This document shows, piece after piece, positions 46,039-55,275 of a stretch of 64,000 nt of DNA (positions are counted from its first letter, which is position 1; each line of letters starts with the position of its first letter). A model generated the notes under the pieces. That model was not told the DNA's origin and searched no databases. It was given only the letters and a program-made list of their open reading frames with translations. The DNA is taken from the IMG/VR virus record IMGVR_UViG_3300045988_016718; one strand, 5' to 3'. Made by a program: the position numbers and the translations under genes. Origin of the DNA: a virus.

Positions 46039-47269
46039 AGGTAAGGAATTTCTTCCACCTGTGCAAACTTACTTTCACTTTTCTAATTCCTCGCTGTCTA
46101 CCAAAGGCTAACATTGCTACACTTGGCTTTCTCCTGACTACAGTGTCAATATACTCCATCACCTGCCTTAGCTGGTCTTTCTGTTCAGGTAAAGGCAATT
46201 CAGCAAATGAACTGACTGCACCATCAAAGAATAATGGACATATTTGACCTGCTGAACCATTATCCCTGTCCTCAATAACATAAAGAAATCTTATATTATT
46301 TCTGAACTTGGTAATATCATACTTCTCATGTTCCTGTAATCCATACTTAAAGGGACTATATAGCCCCAATACTAGGTTTGCATCCCTAGTAGTTGTCTTA
46401 CAGTCAGCTAATCCATCTGATGATGGATACAGCTTGTTCAACTTCTGATTCTCAATACCTTCCTGTGCTTGAGCCTGATGCTGAATAGCAATGAAATTAA
46501 GGTCAAATGTATCTCTTAACTCTATTGCATATTTACTCATCTTTTCAATGGTTTGCATCTTATTCATTCCACTCTCTTGCATAAGATTGGAATAATTATC
46601 AAGCACACAAAGAATGTATTCATTCTCATCCTTGTACTGAAAGTAATCAATTACTTTTCCTGCTTCCATTTCACCTGTAAACTCATTCCTCTTTAGTCCC
46701 ATCTTATACTGAAATGCTCCTCTGGTCAACATGTGATTCCTGATATACTTATATATACCAGTAGGATTCCTTTCAGTATCAATATAGGACACCATTTCCT
46801 TGAACTTATTGATATACTCCTGATACTTATCAGATGCAATCAAGTCAAGTATTTCTTGAGGTACAGGCTTATCAGCTGAAGTACTCTTGAGGTCAGTAGG
46901 AGAGATTCTTATACCATCCAGTCTGAATAACAAGTGACAGAGAAACTCATAGAATTTCTCCTTCTTGCCCATTTCCAGAGTGAAATAAAGAACCTTTAAC
47001 CTTAGTTGGTCAGGATGTTCTATGGCATAAAAGAAAGCCTCATACACAAATGTATAATCCACCAATTTGGATTTACCAACCTTCTGATTGGCTGTTACAA
47101 TTGTGTATCTTCTCTTTTCTATGCCCGGAAGCCAGTTTCTAAGTCTAGGATAACATAATGGTATACAGTTAATTAACCCATGAAGTATCCTGTTCCTTCT
47201 AGTCACTAGTTCTTCTAGTGCTCTGTCAAAACTGTCTCCTGTATCAGTTGATGCTACTTGTCCAGTCAT
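46025..47269 (-). CDS. DnaB-like replicative helicase (RecA-like C-terminal domain)
   Basis: Walker A TANQKVGKSKLV, Walker B ILCVLDNYSNL, and FIAIQHQAQ. 414 aa. Confidence 0.7.
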   Translation of the reverse strand: MTGQVASTDTGDSFDRALEELVTRRNRILHGLINCIPLCYPRLRNWLPGIEKRRYTIVTANQKVGKSKLVDYTFVYEAFFYAIEHPDQLRLKVLYFTLEMGKKEKFYEFLCHLLFRLDGIRISPTDLKSTSADKPVPQEILDLIASDKYQEYINKFKEMVSYIDTERNPTGIYKYIRNHMLTRGAFQYKMGLKRNEFTGEMEAGKVIDYFQYKDENEYILCVLDNYSNLMQESGMNKMQTIEKMSKYAIELRDTFDLNFIAIQHQAQAQEGIENQKLNKLYPSSDGLADCKTTTRDANLVLGLYSPFKYGLQEHEKYDITKFRNNIRFLYVIEDRDNGSAGQICPLFFDGAVSSFAELPLPEQKDQLRQVMEYIDTVVRRKPSVAMLAFGRQRGIRKVKVSLHRWKKFLTFAGK

Positions 47270-47840
47270 AACTATTTGGATTTACTTGGTCAGCATTCTC
47301 TATCCATTCAGCTAATTGAGAGACTTGAACTACTTCACCATCTCTATTTTCATCCTTCCAAATGAAGTACTTAAGTAACCTCAAGTACAGGTAACTACCA
47401 TTGAATGATTCAACATATCTCTTGGTTGCATCCAAGATTTGTTCATCAGTGTAGTTATCACCATATCTTTTGAAGAATGATACCAGCTTCTTCTTGATGT
47501 CAGGGGTATTTCCCCTATAATAATAACTTGTTCCTTGCATCTTGCCTTCAGGATAAATATCCCTTAACTTTGCTGCAAGGTCAGCTATTCTATCCTGTGC
47601 AGACTGTGTAGGTCTGTCACTCTCAAGTACTACATCACTGAATAGACTAATACCTCTATGAGTAATGGTGTATTTCTTGTCAAGTTCAAACATGGAACCA
47701 TTAGCTCTAGTAATGTATCCCTTGTTGATTAGACCTTGATAAACATCATCATTCCCATATTGTATAGCTCCTAATACTAGAACTTCCTCTTTGGTAACAT
47801 TGTGCTTAGAACAGATTTCATCATCAATTCTCACAATCAT
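47244..47840 (-). CDS. hypothetical protein, possible winged-helix replication organiser
   Basis: 198-aa ORF. The N-terminus looks wHTH-like (EEVLVLGAIQYG...GLINKGYI). Weak evidence. Confidence 0.3.
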   Translation of the reverse strand: MIVRIDDEICSKHNVTKEEVLVLGAIQYGNDDVYQGLINKGYITRANGSMFELDKKYTITHRGISLFSDVVLESDRPTQSAQDRIADLAAKLRDIYPEGKMQGTSYYYRGNTPDIKKKLVSFFKRYGDNYTDEQILDATKRYVESFNGSYLYLRLLKYFIWKDENRDGEVVQVSQLAEWIENADQVNPNSYDWTSSIN

Positions 47841-47947
47841 GTATCAAAACCCCCATTTCTTGTGAAATAAAATATGGCTGCTAATACTACAGCAGCTACT
47901 ATATACTGTGCAGTACTATGTTGTGCTGCTAATAATATGATTGCCAT
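47837..47947 (-). CDS. small single-pass membrane peptide (36 aa), missed by the ORF track
   Basis: MAIILLAAQHSTAQYIVAAVVLAAIFYFTRNGGFDT. The ATG lies 1 nt after the helicase stop and the stop overlaps the next start as ATGA, so it fills an otherwise empty 108-nt gap. Confidence 0.5.
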   Translation of the reverse strand: MAIILLAAQHSTAQYIVAAVVLAAIFYFTRNGGFDT

Positions 47948-47948
47948 C

Positions 47949-49199
47949 TTAAAATTCCGTTAGGTTATTTACTACTGTTATATACTCTGGGTCAATACCT
48001 TCAAGTGCCTTATTCAGATATTCTTCATCTCTTGTACCTTTATAGTACATGATGTATATCTCTGGTTCATCAGCTCTCATGGCTCTACCAGATTTCTGAA
48101 CAAAGGCTCTCTCCTGACCATCAAGTTGAATGATAACACCTGCCTCAATATCAGTTAGATTCTGTCCTTCTTGAATCATTCCAACAGCATAAAGGCTATT
48201 TATTTCCTTATTGTTGAACTTATCAATTATAGCTAAGGACTCTTTCTTCTTCTCTGAATGAATGGCATTTTCTCCACCTAGTTCATTTGCTTGCTCTATG
48301 CTGGAACAGAAGCACACATATCTTTTACCGGCTAATTTAGCGAGTAGATAAGCAGCCTGACCTTTCTTTAGTTCTCCAAGGTATCTTTTCCTTTGTGAAC
48401 CATATTGAAGCCATTTGTTCTTGATTGCTGTGCTCCTGTTTCTCATGAACAAGTTTCTCCAGTAATCAATCTTGGCATCAAACCAGTCATATTTCTGCTG
48501 CTCGGTGCATTGAATCTCCAGTCTCAAATTAGGATAATGGAACTTATCTTTAAGATAATTCCACCTGTCCTTCATACTGCATTGAACTCTTCTCTTTAAG
48601 ATGTCTTTGCCCCTCTCTTCAATGATTACCTGATTGGGGTAGGTGTTATCCAACTTCAAAGGAATGAGATAAATCTTTGGTTTAGGAAGTATGCCCCAGT
48701 CAATTGCTTGTTGCATACTGACTTTGAAGCTTACAAACTTGCCAAATATTCTGTTCAATTCAAGGATTGTATTAGTAGGTAATGTAGCTGAAAGTACAAG
48801 AACATTGTCACAGGTTATATCCTCAAGTATATCAAGCCTTAGGTCTGAATTTGAGTGATGTCCTTCATCTAATATGATTAAGTCATAATGTTCATGTCTA
48901 TGATTCTTAAGTGAAGCATAAGTGTCTACTGAAACCATTTTATCCCATATATAATCCTCAACTTTCCACTTAGTGAACTCCTCCTTCCAGTTCTTCTTAT
49001 GTGCTGTTTCAGCTACAATAAGGAGTACTTTGAATGGAGTCCCCTGTCTGGTTTCAAGACTAATATATTCAAGGAATAAGTGCTTCAATATATCAATTGC
49101 TGCCTTACTTTTACCTAAGCCTGTACACCATTGGAGCATGACTCTTCCATGTTCTTTCATTAGTTCTACAGCTTCATTTTGTACATCATCCTTTGTCAT
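47949..49199 (-). CDS. SF2 (SNF2/DEAH-like) helicase
   Basis: Motif I CTGLGKSKAAI, motif II LIILDEGHH, motif VI QKSGRAMR. Confidence 0.8.
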   Translation of the reverse strand: MTKDDVQNEAVELMKEHGRVMLQWCTGLGKSKAAIDILKHLFLEYISLETRQGTPFKVLLIVAETAHKKNWKEEFTKWKVEDYIWDKMVSVDTYASLKNHRHEHYDLIILDEGHHSNSDLRLDILEDITCDNVLVLSATLPTNTILELNRIFGKFVSFKVSMQQAIDWGILPKPKIYLIPLKLDNTYPNQVIIEERGKDILKRRVQCSMKDRWNYLKDKFHYPNLRLEIQCTEQQKYDWFDAKIDYWRNLFMRNRSTAIKNKWLQYGSQRKRYLGELKKGQAAYLLAKLAGKRYVCFCSSIEQANELGGENAIHSEKKKESLAIIDKFNNKEINSLYAVGMIQEGQNLTDIEAGVIIQLDGQERAFVQKSGRAMRADEPEIYIMYYKGTRDEEYLNKALEGIDPEYITVVNNLTEF

Positions 49200-49677
49200 T
49201 GTTTATCCCATTTACCAATGTTTTAACTTTACTAATATAGTTTGGGTCCTCTGCATACCCTATCTCTTCAAGGAATTGATAGTAGTTATTCGGGGGCTTG
49301 TATCTATATTGTATGCAGTTAAGATAGGCAACCACACTCTCTGTCCAATGATTGAACTTAAAGTAGTCCTTATTCTTACTGTCATATAAACCAAACAGGT
49401 TATTATATTCCCTGAACACTTTGGACCTAAAGTGTCCTGTTTCAAGAATAGCCTGTGCTCTCACTATGTCCGGGTACATGACACCATAATAGTTAAGAAC
49501 CTTAGGTAAATCCTTTTCAGGATTATCTGACATTAAGAACTCTGGTTGCTCTAACTTAATGCACTCCACTTTTGGTGGATGCTCCAGCTGTGCTATCTTC
49601 TTGTGTATCACCCATGATGAATAGGCATTAACTGAAAGAAGAATAGCACAAGCCAGACATGTTATAATATGTTTCAT
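49186..49677 (-). CDS. GH73-type N-acetylglucosaminidase (peptidoglycan hydrolase) with N-terminal signal/anchor
   Basis: AQAILETGHFRSKVFREYNNLFGL matches the glucosaminidase/FlgJ motif (aqa.lEsG......a...nNlFGi). The N-terminus is hydrophobic (ITCLACAILLSVNAYS). Confidence 0.75.
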   Translation of the reverse strand: MKHIITCLACAILLSVNAYSSWVIHKKIAQLEHPPKVECIKLEQPEFLMSDNPEKDLPKVLNYYGVMYPDIVRAQAILETGHFRSKVFREYNNLFGLYDSKNKDYFKFNHWTESVVAYLNCIQYRYKPPNNYYQFLEEIGYAEDPNYISKVKTLVNGINNDKG

Positions 49678-50792
49678 CTCACTTGTTTTAAATTAGACTC
49701 TTGGCTGTCATTGTAGAATACTCTGTCATATGACAGGTCTGTATACTCATCAACAGTTGTTGCTATAGTCTCATGTGTTGGTGCAACTACATAGTCAAAT
49801 AAATCTTCTCCCATATAGTCAAATCTTCCACTATCCACTATGACATCAGTATGAGTAACCACAAGGTTGTACTTTAGATTGTACATCAATTTGTAGTTAT
49901 CAAGTCTGTGTCTTTCAGCAGCTCTGCGGAGTAATCCTGTCTCCAAGCATCCTACTTTGAAGTCAAGTTGAAACTCATTAAAGGTATTTGATTCCTTGAA
50001 TTTCTCAAGGTTGGCTTCAAGTTTGTACTTGGGTTCATACCCATTTCCATGTCTGGTAAGGTAACTTCTGGTCACAAGGTACACCTCTGCATCTTTAAGA
50101 TACTTCTTTGGTACACCATTGAGACCAACTCTTGAAGGAGTTACATGAGGATAGAAACCACAGTCCATATCAAGTAGAAGACCTTGTGAGCCTTCAAATA
50201 TGAGAACATCATACAAACTTAAGTTACTTTGATTGAATGAGACACACTTGGCACAGTATATAAACTGTTCTTCAAATGATGTATCTTCTTCAACTTCATA
50301 ATATTCTCTTACCTTCTTAATATGTTCATACTTATCCATAACCCATGCACCATAGCCATTGCCTTCATTGTATCTCTTGAATGTAGGATATATGCCCATA
50401 CCACAAGTACCATCAGATAAGACTTTGTTGTCCTCTCTGCCTGCAAATACATCATAAGGTGTAATGACTCTGTTAAACATTGAAGCATAAACAAGAGTTT
50501 CTTTGATGCCCTTCTTTTGAAGGACTTTCCTCTCATTGTATAATGCAATTGGGTCAATGAATACATCATCAGTATAGTATGTGGGCACACCAAGTAATAC
50601 ACCAGAACCAAAGGATGAACATATATGTTCAATGCCTTCATTAACTACTGTATGTCCTGCTTGTGGTCCACCACTGAATCTCACAACTGCAACACTTTTT
50701 CCTTCTTCAATGGCTTTCTTACATAGCCATTGAACAGTTACACCTTTACCTTCATCTCCAAAGGCATAACCCAGTACAATCTTTACTTCCAT
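49674..50792 (-). CDS. short, divergent adenylosuccinate synthetase-family (PurA/PurZ-like) enzyme
   Basis: GYAFGDEGKGVTV (P-loop, nt 50737-50760), SGGPQAGHTV, GTCGMGIYPT and FEGSQGLLLDMDCGFYPHVTPS are colinear with PurA motifs. It is only 372 aa, the TTGRxRR Asp/IMP-binding segment is not recognisable, and the guanine-specificity TKLD reads THTD. Confidence 0.75.
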   Translation of the reverse strand: MEVKIVLGYAFGDEGKGVTVQWLCKKAIEEGKSVAVVRFSGGPQAGHTVVNEGIEHICSSFGSGVLLGVPTYYTDDVFIDPIALYNERKVLQKKGIKETLVYASMFNRVITPYDVFAGREDNKVLSDGTCGMGIYPTFKRYNEGNGYGAWVMDKYEHIKKVREYYEVEEDTSFEEQFIYCAKCVSFNQSNLSLYDVLIFEGSQGLLLDMDCGFYPHVTPSRVGLNGVPKKYLKDAEVYLVTRSYLTRHGNGYEPKYKLEANLEKFKESNTFNEFQLDFKVGCLETGLLRRAAERHRLDNYKLMYNLKYNLVVTHTDVIVDSGRFDYMGEDLFDYVVAPTHETIATTVDEYTDLSYDRVFYNDSQESNLKQVR

Positions 50793-50793
50793 T

Positions 50794-51654
50794 CTATCTC
50801 AAATGAGTTATAGTTTCACTTTCACTTTTGGTACCTTCTTGCACCGCAGGCTTAGCCTTTGTAGCATAGTAGGACTTTAGTACAATACCTGATATGATTT
50901 CAGGTATTTCTTTTCCAGTACTGTCTTCTGTATGAATTACATGGTCTCCCAAGTAATCCTCAAGACCTTCTTTCACGGATGGTCTGCCACCACTATGGTC
51001 ATTCAAGTTGATGTGATATACATCCCATGATTCCTTTGCAGCTTCAAGTAAACTTGAACTTGTTACATCAGCTTCTGGGGTTTCACCAAACAATTGTTTG
51101 ATACTTGATGCACCAATTGTACCATGAATAGGCTCATCACCAATAGTAATAAGTACTCCCTTTTTGCCTCTCTTCAAGGAATCAATGGCAGTATGGAAGG
51201 CACCAAAGTACCATGCAAGTGAATATGATTCACCATTATTTCCACCACCTCTTCCTTCAAGCCAGATGAGCTTAAGCCACTTGTCAAGCAGTTCATCTGA
51301 TGATTCAAATTGTCCTACTTGAATAGGTGCTCTATCAGTATAATGGTCACCAATACCAACAAAGCATACTTGAAGGTCTTGTACACCTTCATCCATAATC
51401 TTCTTCATCAGTTTAGGGAAACCTTCTGAAATAAGCTCATAAGGGATTCTACCCATACTACCTGTGACATCAAGAGCAATGATAACAGGGAAACTGTTAG
51501 GATGTTCTTCACTATCCCTTGCTTCCCTTACCTTGTCTTTGATACTCATTTCCACACTCATGTATCTTTGGGAGAATACTTCCTCTCTGTCCTGTTTGCT
51601 ATAGTCCTGTGCCATTGACATAGACCTAGCATAGCTGTAATTTCCGCCACCCAT
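50794..51654 (-). CDS. vWA-domain protein
   Basis: MIDAS motif VIIALDVTGSMG, followed by the typical ...ITIGDE... strand pattern. Confidence 0.7.
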   Translation of the reverse strand: MGGGNYSYARSMSMAQDYSKQDREEVFSQRYMSVEMSIKDKVREARDSEEHPNSFPVIIALDVTGSMGRIPYELISEGFPKLMKKIMDEGVQDLQVCFVGIGDHYTDRAPIQVGQFESSDELLDKWLKLIWLEGRGGGNNGESYSLAWYFGAFHTAIDSLKRGKKGVLITIGDEPIHGTIGASSIKQLFGETPEADVTSSSLLEAAKESWDVYHINLNDHSGGRPSVKEGLEDYLGDHVIHTEDSTGKEIPEIISGIVLKSYYATKAKPAVQEGTKSESETITHLR

Positions 51655-52058
51655 TATTCGATAGTTGATTTCCAGTTAGGTAATACCTTGAGGATAATGC
51701 TCTTGTCAGCAATAGCACCAAAAAGGTACTCATATCTGGCAATAACAATCTCAAGTTTGATAATAGCATCTCTCTTATTCAGACCAATCTCTATATCCTT
51801 TCTCATGAAAGCAACAGGGTCAAAGTCTGATGGCACAACAGCACCATTGCCGGCACTCATAGGAGATAAATCCAGCAACAGATTCTCTCTGTCTCTGTCA
51901 AAGTTACGAATCTTATGACATAAGTCTTCAATTTCTCTCTTGTAGATGATTTCTACATCTTCTGATACACTTTCAGCTCTACTCTCTTTGAGTTGTCTGA
52001 ATGTTCTCATCAAGTCTTGTTTAAAGACTCCATGCTTGTTTTCTTCCAATTCTGCCAT
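51654..52058 (-). CDS. hypothetical protein
   Basis: 134-aa ORF with 1-nt overlaps on both sides. Confidence 0.55.
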   Translation of the reverse strand: MAELEENKHGVFKQDLMRTFRQLKESRAESVSEDVEIIYKREIEDLCHKIRNFDRDRENLLLDLSPMSAGNGAVVPSDFDPVAFMRKDIEIGLNKRDAIIKLEIVIARYEYLFGAIADKSIILKVLPNWKSTIE

Positions 52059-52408
52059 TATACTTTTCTATTTAACCATTTAATCCATCTTAAATAAGGT
52101 GCTCTTAACTCAAATCTTCTGTCAATTAGCTCATATCCATCCATTCCATCTTTACCACTATATTGTAGGCAGTATGCAAGTACTGTTATTACTGAACATA
52201 CAAGGTTTACGATGGGAATAACAGACACAGTACATGCTATAATAATCATCCAAACAGGTACAGGAACTCTTTTATCATCTTCATCTACCCAAGGACTTTT
52301 GTTCCAACAGGTATATTCATCCTCTCTTTCTCTCTTCTGTGGATAAGAAAAGAACATCAGTGTACCTAATATAAGTACACTGATTAAGAAACTAATTAAC
52401 CAAAACAT
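52058..52408 (-). CDS. membrane protein (2 TM helices)
   Basis: Hydrophobic segments FWLISFLISVLILGTLMFF and WMIIIACTVSVIPIVNLVCSVITVLAY. Confidence 0.55.
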   Translation of the reverse strand: MFWLISFLISVLILGTLMFFSYPQKREREDEYTCWNKSPWVDEDDKRVPVPVWMIIIACTVSVIPIVNLVCSVITVLAYCLQYSGKDGMDGYELIDRRFELRAPYLRWIKWLNRKV

Positions 52409-52410
52409 AA

Positions 52411-53202
52411 TTACTGTCCTATATTCTTAAATAAGGTAGGAACTTGACCATAAATAGGAAGTTTTCCATCCCATTTATCAATCCACATCTGCTCAAGAAT
52501 AGCAGGAGTAAGAGCTTTAGTCTTAAGCTCATTAGCTTTATATTCAGCTTCAGCAGCTACAATAAGTTTCTTGGCTTGTGCTTCTGCTACCCTGATTTCA
52601 TTCTCTACTTTCATTGCATCCTGTACAGCCTTGTTCTTGGCATTTACAGCCTCTACAATAGTTTGAGGATATTTGAGTCCAGAAGTTAGTTGCTCAAGTT
52701 GGAAGTTTTCTTTAAGTAATGCTGCTGACAAATGAGTCTCAATTGCTCTTTCTATACTATCCCTATTACTTACAATATAATCAGTGGTGAAGTTATTCAA
52801 TTGTATCCTAAAGGCATCCCTTACATAGTTGAATAGAGTTCCTTCAATAACTTCATTCAGTTCCTTTCTATACTTCTTGAATACTTCAGGAGACTTTCCA
52901 TCAACTAATTTCAATGATATAGTAGGGTCTACAGTGAACTCTGAACCATCTTTGGCATTAATTGTAAATGCTGGATAATCTACAGTCTTCACATAAGTTT
53001 CATACTCATAGATAGCTGTAGTAACAGGATTGTAAAATACTCTACCTGTAACCAAAGCAATATCACCAACACCCTTGTCATTACCATAAAGGTTTACCTT
53101 GATACCTTCACAACCAGCATCAATTCTCTCACAAGATGATAGCAACACTGTTGTCATCACCATAAAGGCTGCAAGCAACCCTTTTACAAATTTACTTTTC
53201 AT
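52411..53202 (-). CDS. SPFH/Band-7 (prohibitin/stomatin-like) lipoprotein
   Basis: Lipobox VLLSSC after a signal peptide. SPFH-like core and a C-terminal Ala/Glu-rich helix (IRVAEAQAKKLIVAAEAEYKANELK). Confidence 0.7.
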   Translation of the reverse strand: MKSKFVKGLLAAFMVMTTVLLSSCERIDAGCEGIKVNLYGNDKGVGDIALVTGRVFYNPVTTAIYEYETYVKTVDYPAFTINAKDGSEFTVDPTISLKLVDGKSPEVFKKYRKELNEVIEGTLFNYVRDAFRIQLNNFTTDYIVSNRDSIERAIETHLSAALLKENFQLEQLTSGLKYPQTIVEAVNAKNKAVQDAMKVENEIRVAEAQAKKLIVAAEAEYKANELKTKALTPAILEQMWIDKWDGKLPIYGQVPTLFKNIGQ

Positions 53203-53383
53203 GTTTTCTTTTAAATCTAATTGTTGTTAAACATTTTGTTTTGATGGACATAGCCACAGTGTATATAAGGATAATAACTCCTAATATATTCTCCACTGTG
53301 TTTGCTGCACTCATCATGTTGAAACTTAATGTAATCAGGCTCATAAACATTATGAACCAGACTACTACTTTTGTTAAAATCAT
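53192..53383 (-). CDS. small membrane protein
   Basis: 63-aa ORF with two hydrophobic helices. Confidence 0.5.
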   Translation of the reverse strand: MILTKVVVWFIMFMSLITLSFNMMSAANTVENILGVIILIYTVAMSIKTKCLTTIRFKRKHEK

Positions 53384-53384
53384 A

Positions 53385-54128
53385 TCAACTCTTCTTAGTT
53401 ATGAATAAATAGTTACTTCTTGAGTCTTCCAAGGCACCAGCAAACCATGAATAATGAAGACTGTATGCAATAGCATTAGGCTTATTCAGCCTACTATATA
53501 CACTTTTGATTACTGAATCTCCAATACCAGAAATGGTACATAGTTTGTACTTTAATGAGTCCTTATTGTCAATATCAAGCCAGTCCTCTTTTTTTATAAG
53601 ATATACTGGCTTTGGTCCTCTATTATAATTATAGTATAATGTACCCACTAGTTGCTTCTTGTGTGTTTCATCAGCAAGTTCACATATAGGTTTCAATACA
53701 GGCATATTATTCCTGTTATATTCCTCTGTGTTGATGTATCCTGATAGTGGTTCACAAGACTTAGGTCTTGAGGTTCTCTTCTTGTAGTTGAGTATTCCAT
53801 TTGTCACATAGAATCCACCATACCAAGTGATGTCTTCCTTCTCTTTTATGTGGTCATAGAATATCTTCTTCAAGTTATAAGACTTTGTTGATTTATCACA
53901 TCTCTCAAGGAACTCTGAAAAAACTTTGTTTACAGGTCTGCCAATGTTGACCTTAAGGAATCTTTCAATACCATTAAATGCCCATTTAGCCCTGTCATCT
54001 TCCCAGTTATTCTTGAACCAATTAGCCTCTTTGTATGCCACTCTGTCACCACCTAGTCTATTAATTCTAGCTCTAGGGGTTCTGTGATGCCATTTAGTGC
54101 CTCTACCTCTTTCTTTGAACTCTATCAT
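53385..54128 (-). CDS. hypothetical basic protein
   Basis: 247-aa ORF. No motif recognised. Confidence 0.55.
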   Translation of the reverse strand: MIEFKERGRGTKWHHRTPRARINRLGGDRVAYKEANWFKNNWEDDRAKWAFNGIERFLKVNIGRPVNKVFSEFLERCDKSTKSYNLKKIFYDHIKEKEDITWYGGFYVTNGILNYKKRTSRPKSCEPLSGYINTEEYNRNNMPVLKPICELADETHKKQLVGTLYYNYNRGPKPVYLIKKEDWLDIDNKDSLKYKLCTISGIGDSVIKSVYSRLNKPNAIAYSLHYSWFAGALEDSRSNYLFITKKS

Positions 54129-54322
54129 ATGCTGAATAATTTAATGTACACTCTTTCTTGGAATGTATTATCCCAATGGTACTTATTATACCATAACAAT
54201 ACTAAGTATCTATTGTATGATTTAACAATACTGATACTGGGGTGATACCTGATGTAGGTGATGATTAGCCATATAATGACTAACACACCTACTATAGCTC
54301 TAATATATAATGTACTTAGCAT
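54125..54322 (-). CDS. small membrane protein
   Basis: 65-aa ORF with TM helix AIVGVLVIIWLIITYI. Confidence 0.5.
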   Translation of the reverse strand: MLSTLYIRAIVGVLVIIWLIITYIRYHPSISIVKSYNRYLVLLWYNKYHWDNTFQERVYIKLFSI

Positions 54323-54338
54323 AACACAACTGATTTAG

Positions 54339-54698
54339 TTAGTCCTCTAATACATTATAAGTAAAGCCTTGACCACCAAGGTGTTCTGTGATTCTCCTTA
54401 AATGAGCTTCAAGTCTCATTTTGGCATTCATTGCCTTCCATTGACTGCCTCTAACCTTTACATCAACATTGCTTCTGTCATCTATCATCCATAGATAAGC
54501 ATCCTTTGTAAGGTTAATAGACTGTTTGATGTTCTGCATTTGCCTGACACTCACAGTGACTACCTCTTTGTTTTTGCCTTTTGCATCAGATACCTCAACA
54601 TTGAAGTTATCATATGCATTTTGAGCCTTGGCATCCTGCTCACTAAGCATTACTCTACCCTTGAGAATAATGCTGAGGTTCACCTTTATTTCACTCAT
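54339..54698 (-). CDS. hypothetical protein
   Basis: 119-aa ORF. Confidence 0.55.
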   Translation of the reverse strand: MSEIKVNLSIILKGRVMLSEQDAKAQNAYDNFNVEVSDAKGKNKEVVTVSVRQMQNIKQSINLTKDAYLWMIDDRSNVDVKVRGSQWKAMNAKMRLEAHLRRITEHLGGQGFTYNVLED

Positions 54699-55081
54699 AG
54701 TTTTAATTTACCACTTCCTGCCTTAAGAGCTATCATAGTCAGTTTGGCAATAGGATTATCACTCTTTGAAAGTTTATCAAGGGTGTACATTGTCATGAAC
54801 TCCTTCTCCTGCTCAATGATTTGAGGAACTTCATCAACATGAAGACACTTGTGCATCAAGGCAATGAGGATTACTCCTTGTGCTTCTTGAGGTGCTTTCA
54901 TGATTTCAATCAAGGTATTGGTGTATGCTTCCTTAACACCTTTGAATTTAGAGTCACTCTCTTCCATGATGTCAAGAGACTTTTCAAAGGCATCAATGAC
55001 TTCATCTTCAAAGTGTTTACCAACTCCTAGTGTGTCCTTCATCTCTCTAAAGATATCCAGACCATCATCTTTCTTTTCCAT
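54695..55081 (-). CDS. hypothetical protein
   Basis: 128-aa ORF, first gene after the RNA-island terminator. Confidence 0.55.
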   Translation of the reverse strand: MEKKDDGLDIFREMKDTLGVGKHFEDEVIDAFEKSLDIMEESDSKFKGVKEAYTNTLIEIMKAPQEAQGVILIALMHKCLHVDEVPQIIEQEKEFMTMYTLDKLSKSDNPIAKLTMIALKAGSGKLKL

Positions 55082-55112
55082 TACTATTTATATTAAGTTA
55101 AACAATGTGTAC

Positions 55113-55147
55113 AAAAAAAGGCTACCACTCATTGCTGAATGATAGCC
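55113..55147 (-). terminator. strong intrinsic terminator closing the Ro60 / structured-RNA transcription unit
   Basis: Minus sense GGCTATCATTCA-GCAA-TGAGTGGTAGCC forms a 12-bp stem (2 G-U pairs) with a GNRA-like loop, followed by TTTTTTTGT. Confidence 0.85.
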
Positions 55148-55275
55148 TTATAGAAGTAGAACAGTTATAGTGGGTATTAACCTGTCAGTCAGTCTGTTAA
55201 TCCGACAGGCACAAATTAAATATATAGGCATTTTCATTTTATGAAGTAACCACTATATACACTAACTTCCATTTG

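Noticed and set aside
28245-50641. Same-strand alternate-frame ORFs inside polA (28245-28547), the AP2 gene (31690-31941), nrdD (33268-33459), the JAB gene (39713-39904), the GH73 gene (49260-49445) and the PurA-like gene (50309-50641).
   Set aside because: They overlap frames that carry clear enzyme motifs. There is no evidence for overprinting or frameshift signals (no slippery heptamer plus structure noticed).
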